From contig MU058844.1 in the NCBI GenBank assembly GCA_013265495.1, positions 1,432,941 through 1,496,940 on the forward strand: DNA of 64,000 nt, given 5' to 3'. A program made the translations under genes and the position numbers. This stretch comes from Vicugna vicugna (lineage: Eukaryota). The notes beneath the pieces were generated by a model. It had not been told where the DNA came from and did not search any database. It saw only the letters and a program-made list of their open reading frames with translations. Positions 12,600-25,054 of the stretch are shown here, piece by piece (position 1 is the stretch's first letter; each line of letters opens with the position of its first letter).

Positions 12600-13082
12600 G
12601 AAAAGAATTTGTTGTCTCTATGTATTTGAAAACTCAAGGGCTAGGCTGGCTTCAGGCATGGCTTGATAAAGAGATTAAGAAAACATATTCTCTTTTCTCT
12701 TCTCCTCTATGTGTTGGTTCCATTCTTACATAGATTGGCCATTTACGGCTGAAGGATGGCCACGGTGTCTCTCGTTCTTACATCCTGTACTTCTACTCTA
12801 TGGGAAGAGGAAAGGTCTTTGTCTCAGCACTGCCAGCAAAAAATCTCATTTTGTCTTTTGCTCTCTTTGAGTCACTGCCGATTTCTGAACCAAGTATTGT
12901 GGTCAGAGCAAATGCTGTGGGCTGATTGTTTTATGCTTGTTACTTGCTACACTAGAAAGACTGTGATGGTATGTTTGTGTCTGCTGTTTTAGGGGGTAGT
13001 AGGGGTGTTTCCCTAAGGAAAATTGGGAAACCAAGAGAAGGGTGAATAGATTTTAAATAGCAAAAAGCAGCAAGAGTCCATT
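12600..13082 (-). mobile_element. MLT1K/L-like ERVL-MaLR LTR
   Basis: 'gctggcttcaggcatggcttgat', 'gatggcc', 'tctgaaccaa...gctgattg', 'ttccctaaggaaaattggg'. Confidence 0.65.
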
Positions 13083-14699
13083 TTAGTGTGTCCTTCAGCT
13101 TAAATAATATCCTTGTTAGAGCACAAACTATCACAGACTTCCCGGGGGAAGTCGCTTCATCTCTATTCAATCTAGTTTCTCTTTCTCAAAAATTAAGAGG
13201 GTGGACCCATGAATTTTGTCACATTCTAATTTATACTCTCTAAGTGTATTTCTTAAAATCTTAAAGTAAAAAAATCATATTATGTTATTACACATATAAT
13301 CTATGGAAGGAAAGTAAAAGCAGAGAGTTTAGCCTTTTATTCTGACTGTTGAAATTTGGCATTCAGGCCAGCCTGAATTTTTGAGTATAGGATTAAAATG
13401 CAAGTTTCTTAAAAGCTGGTGTGATCAATCCCAGATGCCTTGGTACTCTGATGTATTATTTCCTCTACTTGATGAGCTATTGGAAGAAAGGGACAAAGAA
13501 AGGATGTGTATCAGGATTCTCTGCTGGGTCAGTTTCCAGCCTGGAGTTTGGGGGACTCTGTTGAAAGGATAGTCCAAGGAGCATATTTAACACAGCTTTC
13601 TATATTTGAAACTTGAGAGCGGAAGGTTTGTGCACACTTCATGATGTTATGATAGTGTGAACGTAGGATCTCCTAAAGAGAGAAGACCCTTGTGATTTAT
13701 TTCCTGGATTTTTGAGATTGCACAGCCCTTCCTTGGTGCTGGACTGGAGGGAGAATGTCTGAAGGAAATGACCCCTCCCACATGTGGCGTCTTGAGCCCT
13801 CGACTCTCCTAACAACTGATATTTCCAACAAGAAGAGAGCTCCATAAATGTTTTGCTTATGTGCAATATCAGAGCTTAGCATTTTATATGAAATTTATAC
13901 ACATGTGTGTCTCAAACTTGGCATAGCAAAATAGAGACAAATATCTCCCTCAAGCTTTCTGCGTGATTTGGGCAACACCTAAAATACCTTTGTGTAAAAT
14001 TTCAATGTGTCAGAAACAACGCACTTAGGTAACCCAAGATCTGCCTCTGTGAATATTCTCTTGGAAATTTCCACGCTCATCAGCACAGTACTCAAAGACT
14101 GCATCAGATGCAGAATATCCTTCTTCTTCTATGACAGATTCAGAGATTTATGCACTCTTGGCTTCCTTCACCAAAACAAGATAAATTCCTATCCAGTCTC
14201 AGGAGGTCTTCAGGTTCCCATGAAGACTATTTGCTTTATTCCAGTCAACCTTTGTTTCAGGTTGGAAGGGTCGTACTTCAGGAGGAAGTGGGGTCCCTGA
14301 AACTCCCTCCCTACCCATCCAAAATATTCTCCTTATTGTGGTTTTTACATGGTTGACTCATCAGAATGATATTTGTCTTTGAAATACTTTCCTAAAATAA
14401 AATATATATAATCATCTATTACAGTACACTGTGATTATATTGTTTCCACACTCGGAGTGTTACCAAGTGCTCTCAGCTAATAAGAGCTGACCCAGCAAAC
14501 TATACTGTACATGTTTGACCAGTGGCAACTATTCTGTATTTTCTGAGTGGAATGTGTCTCTGCAGTGTGTGTTGTTTCTTTCACTGTGGTCTCTTTTTCT
14601 GTCATTTTTTGTGTTCTTTTCATGGCTTATAGAAAAAGCAATAGCAATAGACTTGCTGCAAAGAAAGAAAGATATTTACAATAGAAATGAAAATGTAAG

Positions 14700-15815
14700 T
14701 TTTATCAAAAGATGAGAAGACAAGCCACAGAGTGAGAGAAAGTATTTGCCAAAGTCATATCTGATAAAGGACTGTTATTTGACATATGCAAATAACTCTT
14801 AAAACTCAACAATAAGAAAATTTTAAAATCTGATTAAAAAATTAGCAAAAACTGAGATAGGCACCTCACCAAAGAAGATATATAGATGGTAAATAAGCAT
14901 CTGAAAAGATGCCCAGCATCATATGTCATTAGGGAAATGAAAATCAAAACAATAATGAGATTATCACTACATACTTATTAGAATGGCCAAAATCTTGAAC
15001 ACTGACAACGTCAAATGCTGGTGAGGATATGAAGCAACAGGAACTCTCATTCATTACTGCTGGGAGTGCAAAATGGTTGTCACTTTGGGAGACAGTTGGC
15101 AGTTTTTTACAAAACTAAGCTAAACATATGATCTAGCGATTGTGCTCCTTAGCTGAAAAATCATGTCTACACAAAGGCCTGCACACAAATGTTTATAGAA
15201 GCTTTATTCATAATTACCAAAACTTGGAAATGATCAAGATGTCCTTCAGGACATCTGGATAAGTAACCTGTAGTATGTCCAGACATTGGAATATTATTCA
15301 GAGCTAAAAACAAATGAGCTATTGAGCCATGAAAAGAAGTGGAGGAAATTTAAATGCATATAATGCATATTACCAAGTTAAAGAAGCCATTCTAAAAAGA
15401 CTACATTCTGTATGATTCCAACTATATGACATTCTGGAAAAGGCAAAACCATGGACATGACGAAAAGATCGGAGGGGAGGGAGCAATGAATAGGCAGAGC
15501 ACCAAGGATTTGGGGGGCGGGCAGTGAAACTATTCTGTATGATAGAATGGGGAATATAGGTTGTTATGCATTTGTCCAGGTCCACAGAATGTACACCACA
15601 AAGAGGGAACCCTAATGTAAACTGTGAGCCTTGGGTGATAATGATATGTATGTTTGTGGATTGTAACACATTTACGTACCACTCAGTGGGAGATTATAGT
15701 GGAGGAGGCTGTGCCTGTCTGTGTGGGGACAGGGAGTATGTGGGAAGTCTTTGTACTTTGCACTCAATTTGCTGTGGCCCTAAAATTGCTCTAAAAATAA
15801 AGTCTATTAAAAAAT
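14700..15815 (+). mobile_element. L1MC1-like LINE-1, ORF2 C-terminus plus 3' UTR (5'-truncated, decayed)
   Basis: ORF2 end text ('atatctgataaaggact', 'gaactctcattcatt') and a 3' UTR with 'agaatgtacaccacaaagagggaaccctaatgtaaactg', ending 'ctctaaaaataaagtctattaaaaaa'. Confidence 0.9.
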
Positions 15816-16409
15816 ACAAGTTGTGTAGCGCCTGCTAGTGGAAATTCTTTGACATGATAAAGGATGTCATCACCATATCCTGGGAAGACTAACACTGAGC
15901 TCCATAGAAGGGAGAGGAAAGCAACCACGGTGGCAAGGCTGGCTTCAGGTGCCACAAGGAGACTGCCAACTTCTCGACAGGGCTGTGCAGTGTTGGCCTG
16001 TTAGAGTGATTCAGTTAGCAAGTTAGCTTCCCCAGCCTTGCCCTATGCCTGTGTCTGTTCTTCCAACAAGAATAAGAAAGAAGGGAGAGGGATGTTTCTT
16101 GTTCTGAGTTTCTAAAAAGCTTTCTTGGGAGATAATTGCCCCCCTTATCAGAGTTGGGCAGTATCAAGTCCAGCCTTATGTGGGAGGACAGCTCAATAGC
16201 AGATGAAGCTGTGTTTACCAGCACAGCTGCTGTAGCAGCAAGAGTCCACCTCCCCGCTGCTACCATTGCTGCCTCATGCGGTCTGGACAAGGAGACCAGT
16301 ATATTGAGTGACTTCTGTTAATAATTATGGGAATGGCCAACCTACAATGATGGCACCCATTGTGTCAGGCAGAAGACTAAGTTTTACATGGATTCTCTCA
16401 GTCCTCAAA

Positions 16410-16660
16410 AGAATAATAGCCAGTAGTAGCACTTAGTATATGCCAGGCACTGTATTATACTGATTGTATTATACTATATTATACTAATTTAATCCTGATG
16501 AGAACCTCAAGAGGTAGTTCCATTTCTTTCCTGTTTTACAGATGAGGAAACTTAGGCTTAGAGAAACCGGGTAACTTGCTCAGTGGCACACAGCTGCTAA
16601 GTAGACCAGCCAGTCATCAGATTCAAGAACAGCATGACTCCAGAACTGTCTTTTATTCAT
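16410..16660 (-). mobile_element. MIR SINE
   Basis: 'ttttacagatgaggaaacttaggcttagaga...gtaacttgctcagtggcacacagct'. Confidence 0.85.
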
Positions 16661-17059
16661 AGCTGTGCAGTTGTTCCATTACGATTTTTTTAACTCTAAA
16701 ATATTTTCTAAAAATAAAGGGTCTACAAAAATCCACGGTTGGACCATGTGCATACATGTTTGTACCACCTGTTCTTAGTGTACTGTATGTTCTTGGCTAG
16801 TGAGAGCTAGCACAGCAGACTGAATCACACTCTTAATTTGGGTGATTGCATCCCACTCTGTGATTGTTAAAATCCAGAAGAGAAATAAAACCAAAATTAG
16901 ATATACAAATCAATGTCTGCGTCGTCTTTGGTATTTATTCCTCCTAGGTGTTGGAGTGTCTCCTTTAGCTTCCTTCTCATGTATTTTCTCCTGTAGGCTC
17001 TTCTCTTTTCATTTTCTGTCTCAGCTAGTTTGGACTTTTGGTCTCTAAGTTTAGGCCTC

Positions 17060-17380
17060 TCACCCTCCCTTCCAAATCACTTCTATTCACAACTGCCAGA
17101 ATGTTCTTTCTAAAGTACAGGAGCATTCTGAATAATAGTCTTCATGGTTGAACCCTGGTTTTCCTTTCCAGCTGGGCTGCTTACTGCTCCCCGACCTGTC
17201 CCCTCAGACCAGCCACACTGAACCACTTACTAGCCCCCCCACCCAGTTCACCATTCCTACCTCTGTGCCTCAGGACAGACTTACCCTCTGTCCAGAGAAC
17301 TCCTGATCCCTGGTGGAACTCTTTTTCATCCTCAATTCTCAAGTCCAGCTGCCCTAGTCTGAGTCCTCTAGGCTCTTCTC
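17060..17380 (+). mobile_element. L2 fragment
   Basis: 'cacaactgccagaatgttctttctaaa', 'ctacctctgtgcct...ccctctgtccagag'. Confidence 0.55.
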
Positions 17381-17556
17381 TTTGGAATCATGGGATGTTG
17401 GACATGCCTGATGTTAATGCAGTAGGTACACATTTCAGCTCACATAGTTTTTTTCTATTGACCATTATAATTCTATAAATTAAATACACTTAATTGATAT
17501 TTTGAACCCTCACTCTGCCTCTTGTTGGATACCTCAGCTCAGGTAAAGCAGGTGCT

Positions 17557-17614
17557 CTTTGGGATTCTGTCTTGAGCCATGAGACTTATTTACATGGCTC
17601 AGACAAATCCAAAG
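17557..17614. other. Inverted repeat / hairpin (22 Watson-Crick pairs)
   Basis: CTTTGGGATTCTGTCTTGAGCCATG-(11 nt)-CATGGCTCAGACAAATCCAAAG. Confidence 0.7.
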
Positions 17615-18699
17615 CCCTTGGCTCGGGGCAGGAGGTTTGGCCATTGCCTATTCTTGCTGGCCTCCACTTGATGCCCATTGTCTTCGCTGTTCCTTTGGTT
17701 GTCAGTCCAGACAGGCAGCTATAATATCACTCTCATCCCCATCTTTGAAGGCTCTTCAGGTTTAGCAAAATCCCCAGCTTTGCTGTCCTTCCTGGGCACA
17801 CAGATATATATATGTTCCAGGCTGTGCTGGGCAATGGGAAAGTTTAGGGTGCCAAGGCCTGTCTCTTTCTGTCTCAGAAACGTGAGACCATTCTGTTAAA
17901 GTTAACTCAGTGAGGCTCTCCTGGATACAGGTGCTGGTGTTTCTTCTGTGGGGTCCAAATGCGCCCCCTAGGCCTGGGAGAGACTGAGGCACAAATTCCT
18001 CCATCTGGAGCTCTTAGTCCCACTTGGGAGACCGCCTGGTCGCTCGGCCTTTCCCTGCAACCTGGGCTGCGTGTACATTCCCCTGTGTTTATTGACTCTC
18101 TTCCTCCCTACACTCTGAGGAAATGTTCAGCAGCTGTGAGATGGGTGGCGGGGGGAGGAGGCATGTGTGAAGTCTAGCTCTAACCCCATCCTGTCATCTC
18201 TATGTCCTCAGGCCTAGGCTTCTGAAACTCAAAAACTTTTGCTCCACTTTTTGCTATAACAGCCTTTTAGCATAAAATCCCATGATGCTAAAATGGGGCA
18301 AAAGCCAGGGGTTCTAGGGAAGAGGTGGTGTTACTATTTCAAAATATCATTATCCCACTATAATAGTACTCATTACATTATTAGGATACTAGGATTCATC
18401 AGATTAAAGGAAAACTTACACCTTTCCTTTCTATTACCTTCTAAATCAGGACATAACCCCACAGAAAAGATGAACGAAGGACCTTGATTTGCCTGAGCTT
18501 GGGTATTAACCAACAGGCAGAATGAGAGTTTAAAATGTAAATTAAATAGAGCAATAGAAAAAAAAAATGAGTTGAATTGTCTGCCTGGTGCAGTAAGATC
18601 AAGGGATGTCTAGGGTCCCATGAAGGCACAGTGCAGGGGAGAGTGTTGGAACTCAGCACCTGGTGAATGAATTAAGCAATTACATGATTGATGCTAATG

Positions 18700-18900
18700 G
18701 ATTTCATTTTTCCAGTCCCTGCCATGTGCCAGTCTTCTCAACAGTCTTACAGGAAAGGCATTATTTCCCTCATTTATTCTTGAGGAAAGCGATCAAGGCT
18801 CAGAGAGGTAATGTCTTTTGTCCCAAATTAAACAGCAAATACAGAATTCTAGCCCATATCAGCTTAATCCCAAATTCTAAATTCTTTCCTCTGGGCACAC
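18700..18900 (-). mobile_element. MIR SINE
   Basis: 'gaggaaagcgatcaaggctcagagaggtaa...cccaaa'. Confidence 0.7.
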
Positions 18901-19947
18901 TATGTAATCAATTTTACTCAACCTTTGAGGTGCTTACAGGTGCAAGGTCCCATGTGAGATATATTTGTGTATGTGTATATGCATATGCTTATGTATATAT
19001 GATGACGTCTCTTGCCTTCTAGGGAATTAAATGCATTTTCCAACCACCAGGAAGGATTGTTTGAAAATACTCTCTTGTTCTGCTATTACAATTTTCATGT
19101 GGTTATTTTCTGTGAGGCTTATTGATTAGTCTAGTATTTACTGCCTTATCAATAAAAGTAGGATGCAATGTCACTGGTTTACACACGAAATCTTAACAAT
19201 TGCAACTGTGGTTTGCTTCCACCAAATAATGTATTTATCATTTAAGTCATTTAGACATTGGTGAGGATGAAGAAAAAAATGTTTGTGTGAGTTACTTGGG
19301 AATAAATGTTTTCTTTTTGCACTGCCTGGCAAGATGGTGGCAGTATTTTTTACAAATAGGATATGTAATTGTGTGTATATTCCAAACAGCTTGTTTATAT
19401 TTTCCCCCAGGGTTTGACGTTCTTAGATGTCTAAAACACTCTGAGGGGAGGGAGGGAATGCCATAAATTTTTACAAACAGACATTGTCCTTATTTCCCAG
19501 GCAAATTCAATGCACCTTCTGTTGGGTAATTGGAATCCAAGAAGTAACATGGAGTGTTTTAACAAAATGTGAATGAGCTGTATTTATAATGGAACAGCAG
19601 AGATTTGGAAACCCAAACGATTTATGTGAGAGAAAATGATTAAAAAGACCCAGTGAGAGATCAGAGCGTGTTGACTCAGTTGTAGAATTTGGCATTTAAC
19701 ACAGTAAACATAGGTAAACGTGAGTAAATATTTCCAGAAGACTGGCCCCACACTCTTTCTATGGGGTACAGTCCCACTGCATTTTGCTGGTAATGCATTT
19801 TCTTCTTTTGGTGGGTGATGGTGGTGATAAACTGTACCATTAAAAATGTACTGTAAAAAAAAGTCCATCTCAGAGTGGTTCTATATAAGCCTCAGATTAC
19901 TTTTTTGTGCAGTAATGGCCTCTTTTACAAAAGGCCATGTATCTGCA

Positions 19948-19972
19948 TGTGTGTGTGTGTGTGTGTGTGTGT
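19948..19972 (+). repeat. (TG)n microsatellite
   Basis: Direct inspection. Confidence 0.95.
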
Positions 19973-20186
19973 AGTTGTGTCTTTAAAACATATGAGCTTC
20001 TACAGCCTTATGAATGTAATACCTTCATATTTGAGACCACTGTTCTGAAAGTGTCAAGAATGGAAGGCAGGGGCCAAATGCCACATTGGTAGGGGGACCA
20101 GGTGGCAGGGCTGGGCTGTGCAGTGTGGGAGGAAGAAGAAAGGAACACAGCTGGTGATGTCAAAAGTTTGGTGAGCTTTCTTCCAT

Positions 20187-20346
20187 AAAGCTTCAGGAAG
20201 GAGCCCAGCCTGGATTACACCATGATTTTAGCCCAGTGAGACCCGTGCCAGATTTCTGACTTCCAAAACTAAATAACACATGTGTGTTGTTTCAACCCAC
20301 CAACTTTTTGTTAATTTGTTATAGCAGCAAGAAAAAAACCAATATA
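20187..20346 (+). mobile_element. MLT1 (C/D-like) LTR 3' fragment
   Basis: 'gattttagcccagtgagacccgtgccagatttctgacttcca...aatttgttatagcagcaagaaaaaaaccaata'. Confidence 0.8.
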
Positions 20347-21277
20347 ATTCTGTTGTTACAACTATGAAATAATTAAAAAATATATCATTAGCGTAAATAT
20401 GCAGAAATTTAGAAATTTTATATAATTCATGACCCCTTGAGTCCCGGCGTGAGAAACACAGCTATATTTAAATATTTAAGAAGAAGTAGACAAGGGGACC
20501 CATAGATTCTTTTCACATGTGCTTTTATTGGGCAGATTTGTAAACTCCTTAATTCAGCGCTTTAAATTTGGTGGGCTCATTTTGTGAAATAGATATCTTT
20601 TCCCATGTGCTGAGCCAACTTCCCTTATATTGTTTAAACTTCTCATCTCTCAGCACTCAGGTTACCAGATAGTCACCTATGAATGATGTATCATGGCATC
20701 CAGTAATGTTTTAGTAATAAGAAATAAATTTTTCAGTAATAGGTAATAAGATTTTAGTAATGCATTCTATGGTCACCAGAAGTAATGCATTACTTTTTTT
20801 TGCATAATTCAAAGTTGCTCTGTTTAGGATTAAAATAGCAGATTGATTTACTTGCATAGAGTTGTTTTAATCTAATAAAATTATAGCTAGTTTTTCTTAG
20901 TAATACCTTGAACTGCAATTATGTTATCTCTTGGAATAATTCATTTGTACAAGTGGGAAAGTATGCATCTTATTTAGATAATATTGTTGTCCCCTTCTGT
21001 CTAAATTTATTGATAAATTAGTTTTAAAAAGACAGGAGTCAGAGAGAGAGAGAGAGATTAAGAAAGGATCTTGAGAGGTCATCTCTTTCTTCAGGCAGGA
21101 ATGTCTCTAAGAGATTCTGAACAGATAAATATCCATCCTAAGGATGGAAATGGAATTTTTACCCCTAAGGGAGCTCTAAATTTATTTCAGCCAGTTCATT
21201 TGCATGAGTCATTTACATTGACTTCCACAATCCATTCCTAGGTCTCCACTCTTCATATAACCCTGGACTTAACAAGA

Positions 21278-21315
<38 letters not shown>
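21278..21315 (+). repeat. (CT)n microsatellite
   Basis: Direct inspection. Confidence 0.95.
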
Positions 21316-21842
21316 GTTCTCCCTTTCTTCCCCCTATTAATTATTCATTCAATTCATCTCAAATGAATGAATACTCATTCCCACTGCTCTGGCAATGGCC
21401 CTGTGAAGGCATCATAGAATCTCTGAGAAATAAAATGCAGAGTCTTACCCCTCAAAACTTAGAATTTACAGGGGAGGCCAGTGTGCAGGCCTAAGGAAAG
21501 GTGAAATGACTACCAGAGATGCTTGTAGGACATCATAGAAGGCAGTGCAACCAGAGGATAGCACGAGGTGAAGCGCAGGTAACAATGATGGCAGAAAAAC
21601 ATCTGAGTGCCCTAGCCCTTGTTTATGTTCTCTCTTTTCATCCTCTACAAGCTTTTGAAAGAGAGACTTTCATCCCCATTTATGTGATTACGGGACACCA
21701 ACCTCGGTATTCCAACTGACTTGGATTCACTTGAGTCTAAAACTCATCCTTATCTCACTGGGACACACTGTCGTGGATGTGCAGTCACAGAAGCGCTCCC
21801 TGTGTATTTCAAGTCTTCCCGGGGGAGGTAGGGATTGTCAGA

Positions 21843-22032
21843 TTCACTTATCAAGCACCTGCTACGTGCCAGACACTTGCTAGAATGGTTTTCTCATTTT
21901 AAGAATGAGGAAACTGAGGCATAGAGAGGTTCAGTAACTTGCCCAAAGACACATGTTGGGTAAGTGAAAGAGCCAGGATATGAACCCAGTGGTCTGGTTC
22001 CCAACGCGAAGCTGTGTTCTCAGCACTGCGCT
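21843..22032 (-). mobile_element. MIR (MIRb-like) SINE
   Basis: 'atgaggaaactgaggcatagagaggttcagtaacttgcccaaagacaca...gagccaggatatgaaccca'. Confidence 0.9.
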
Positions 22033-22069
22033 GGACATCAGGGCTATGCTATTGAGTGGGACAGACGGT

Positions 22070-22290
22070 CTTTTCACTCCTTTCAGAATATAATGGAAAG
22101 AAAACAATTCAACAAGTTATATCATGAAGTGTGATAAGTATTTTGATAGAGGAAGGAGAATGCTGTAGGGACACAGGAGTAAGGGATTTCTAACCTGCAC
22201 AAGAAAGAAATAAGAAATGCTTCCCCAAGGAAATCAACTTTAAGTTGGAATCTGAGGGACAAGTAGAAGATAACCAGGTGAGGTGTTCCC
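22070..22290 (-). mobile_element. L2 fragment
   Basis: 'gtgtgataagtattttgatagagg...tgctgtagggacacaggag...aaatgcttccccaaggaa'. Confidence 0.6.
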
Positions 22291-22551
22291 ATGAACACAT
22301 GAACTTGTCAACAGAATCACAGCCCCCAACCTTAAATCAGTGATTCAGAAATAAGCCAATGCGTTTGTTAACGTCGTCCCCTAGGTATCCACTTAGTTCA
22401 CTCCTCGACTGCATTTAGGTCTTTACTCAGATGTCAGTTCCCCGTGAAGTCTTTCGTAACCACCCGATTTAAAATTATGCCACAACCCCCAGTCTTCCCA
22501 ATCTCTTTCCATGGCATCTGTCTAAATTACATGTTTTATTTATTCATTGCT

Positions 22552-22673
22552 GGGTTTTTTTTACACTTAATTGTTCTTTTTTTTATTGAAGTATAGTTGA
22601 TTTACAGTGTTGTTAGTTTCTGCTGTACAGCATTTTTGATTCATATATATATATATTCTTTTTCAGCAAGGTC
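22552..22673 (-). mobile_element. Young 5'-truncated L1 3' end (cetartiodactyl type) with TSD
   Basis: Poly-T, then 'ttattgaagtatagttgatttacagtgttgttagtttctgctgtacagca'. Direct repeat ttattcattgct at 22540-22551 and 22674-22685. Confidence 0.8.
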
Positions 22674-22732
22674 TTATTCATTGCTTTTTATCATCTGTTT
22701 CCTCCCACTAGAGTACATGCTCCATGAGGAGT

Positions 22733-22968
22733 CTTCCTTCCTCCCTTCCTCCCCTCCTCCCATTCTTTCTTTCTTGTCTTTCTTTCTTTCTTTCTTTCTT
22801 TCCTTCCTTCCTTCCTTCCTTCCTTCCTTCCTTCCTTCCTTCCTTCCTTCCTTCCTTCTTTCCTTCCTTTCTTCCTTTCTTTCTTTTCTTTCCTTTCTGT
22901 CCATTCTTTTCTTCCTTTCTTTCTCGCTCTTTCTCTCTCCTTCCCTTCTTCCTTCCTTCCTTCCTTTT
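22733..22968 (+). repeat. (TTCC)n/(TTTC)n polypyrimidine microsatellite
   Basis: Direct inspection; this tract produces the PSFL/KEGR ORFs. Confidence 0.95.
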
Positions 22969-24785
22969 TTCTGTTTTGTTCACTACTGAGTCTCAAGAAC
23001 CTGAAACAGTGCTTATAATATGGCAGGCTCTCAAGAAATACTTGCTGAATGAGTGTTAAGATCTTCACATATTCCTGATTTCCTGACGACTGTCTCCTGT
23101 AAATCAGAGAAACTTTCACTCAGGCGCTCTCACTGGAAGCTTATTGATACCCTTAATATGTCGTGCTCTATTTCAGATATTCTGAGAGCCACCAGGCAAT
23201 GTGGTGGGCAGTCACTTTTCAGAAGGGTACTCTCTGTCTCCCTAAAGTCTACAGATCACACATAGAATTTTCTCCAACTTTATGTGGAGCAGAGGATCTT
23301 AGAGTTGTTTCCATGCACTGCCCCTCAGCATCCTTTCCATTTCCTTCCCCTGCAGAAACTTGTTACTAGATCTCTTTGCCTGGTCCGTCGCCTGAAGCTT
23401 ATCCCTGGGATACGTTCCTGCACCATGATGTTTGTTAACACCAACGTTTAATAATACCCTTCCTTATTTTTACTTAACTAGTAAGACCTTTGACTTTTGG
23501 GGTTAGCTGAAAATGTTTTAATTTAAGAGTGTACTACCAACAATATTTGGCATAGCAGAGCTACTGAATATATCCTGTTTTGTCTCAGTTTATAGCTTCT
23601 ATTTTCTCAGATAGTCTAGTCTACTTTACAAACATGGGTTGACAGTTGGTACTTTGCTTGTCCTATTATAAACTGGTGGAGGAATTGAAGCAGAGAACCC
23701 AAAGCCTGTGTGCAAAGAGCTTGTGGTTGCTAAGGAATCCAAAGACCTTAGAGATAAGGGTAATTCATTTGATCAGAGAGAGAGAGAAAATCTGAACGTA
23801 ATGAGTGTATTAGTTGCCTGACCAGGAAACTGCAGAACAAGATGATTACTTCTTTCCCCTTCCTTCATGGAAGTTTCAAAGAGATTTGAAATTTTGTTGC
23901 TCAGGTGATATACTACTAATGTGAAAAGATTCTTATTATCTTTACTGTGTGATCTTTGTGGATGGTGTGTAAAGTCACTGGTTAACTAGGTCAACTCCAT
24001 CCATAGGGTATCATTATGGTCACTATAGCAGCAGAGGAGTAGCACACTAGAAATTCAATCTGGAAAGAAAATGATGAGGTAACATTTGGTCTCTGACTGT
24101 CTCATGTGACCTGAGCTTCTGCACAGTAGTAGCCATACCTCAAATAGGCCGAGAAGGCCAAGGTCAGAACAGCAAACTGCTCCCTGCTACTACTTCTCTA
24201 TTAACCTCATTCCAGCCCTTGGCTATGAAATGGGCTTGATTTAGAATTTTCCCAGCTGCAGACACATCAACTCAGGGTTCTTTTTAAGTGGTCTCTTTCT
24301 TGTTTCTCTAATATTAATTCAGGAAAAAAAAAAAAGCAGAAGATCCATTTATGAGTCTTTTAACCAACCAATGAGATGTTTTCCTTGGTATTTGAGCAGA
24401 CAATTAACATGAATTCCTGAAGGCCAAATACGTAATTCTGAACAAAATATTGAACAGGGTTTCAGGTTTCATAACTGTTGAATTTTGGGATAATAGTTTC
24501 CATGTGTTTCCCGCTGATGAATCAACCTATAGGCATTTCATAGTTTGATTTAAAACATTTTTTTTTCTTTTCACAGTTTTGTTTTTCTATTACATATGTC
24601 TTTCACTTCATCCCACACACACACACACAAAAATCTTCCATTCCCCATGAGAATTCATGAATGAGGAAGAAGGAGAACAAAGCAATGAAGTGTTGAGCAC
24701 AGTCAGCTGGGGCAAGTCTCAGGACTCTTCATACATGACGGAATAACAAGGGTGGAGTGTGTGCCTGGTGGGAGCAAATGGTGAC

Positions 24786-24957
24786 TGAGTCACGTAGGGA
24801 CTAGTGTTCCATCCACACTGGGATCAAAAGGTCTTGGCAGATTGGTGATGGTTTATCTGTGAGTCTTTTCTGAGGTCACTGGGATGCTGAAACCACTCCC
24901 TCCAGTCGCACATGACATCCAGTGACTCAACATTTAAGACTTCTTCCTCTTGACTCA
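24786..24957. promoter_or_regulatory. Cluster of three AP-1 sites
   Basis: TGAGTCA 24786-24792, TGACTCA 24923-24929, TGACTCA 24951-24957. Confidence 0.4.
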
Positions 24958-25054
24958 TTTGCCTCATTGCCCCATGAAGATCATTTCATGAACTATTTGT
25001 GGTTCAGAAAAAGACATGCAAAACATTTGAAGAGTACATGGTAGCTTCTAGGGT

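Larger units (their letters stand above)
22380..23055 (+). mobile_element. L2a 3' end, interrupted by a short L1 and a (TTCC)n expansion
   Basis: 'taggtctttactcagatgtca', 'ctcccactagagtacatgctccatgag', 'ttttgttcactactgagtctcaagaacctgaaacagtgc...aatacttgctgaatgagtg'. Confidence 0.85.

Noticed and set aside
17961..17974. CTCF-like motif GCGCCCCCTAGGCC (and GCGCCTGCTAGTGG at ~15827-15840)
   Set aside because: Each has 2-3 mismatches at informative positions and cannot be supported without PWM scoring or ChIP data.
22597..23119. Overlapping 76-142 aa ORFs (PSFL/KEGR repeats), also seen at 59406-59617
   Set aside because: These are translations of (TTCC)n/(TTTC)n microsatellites.
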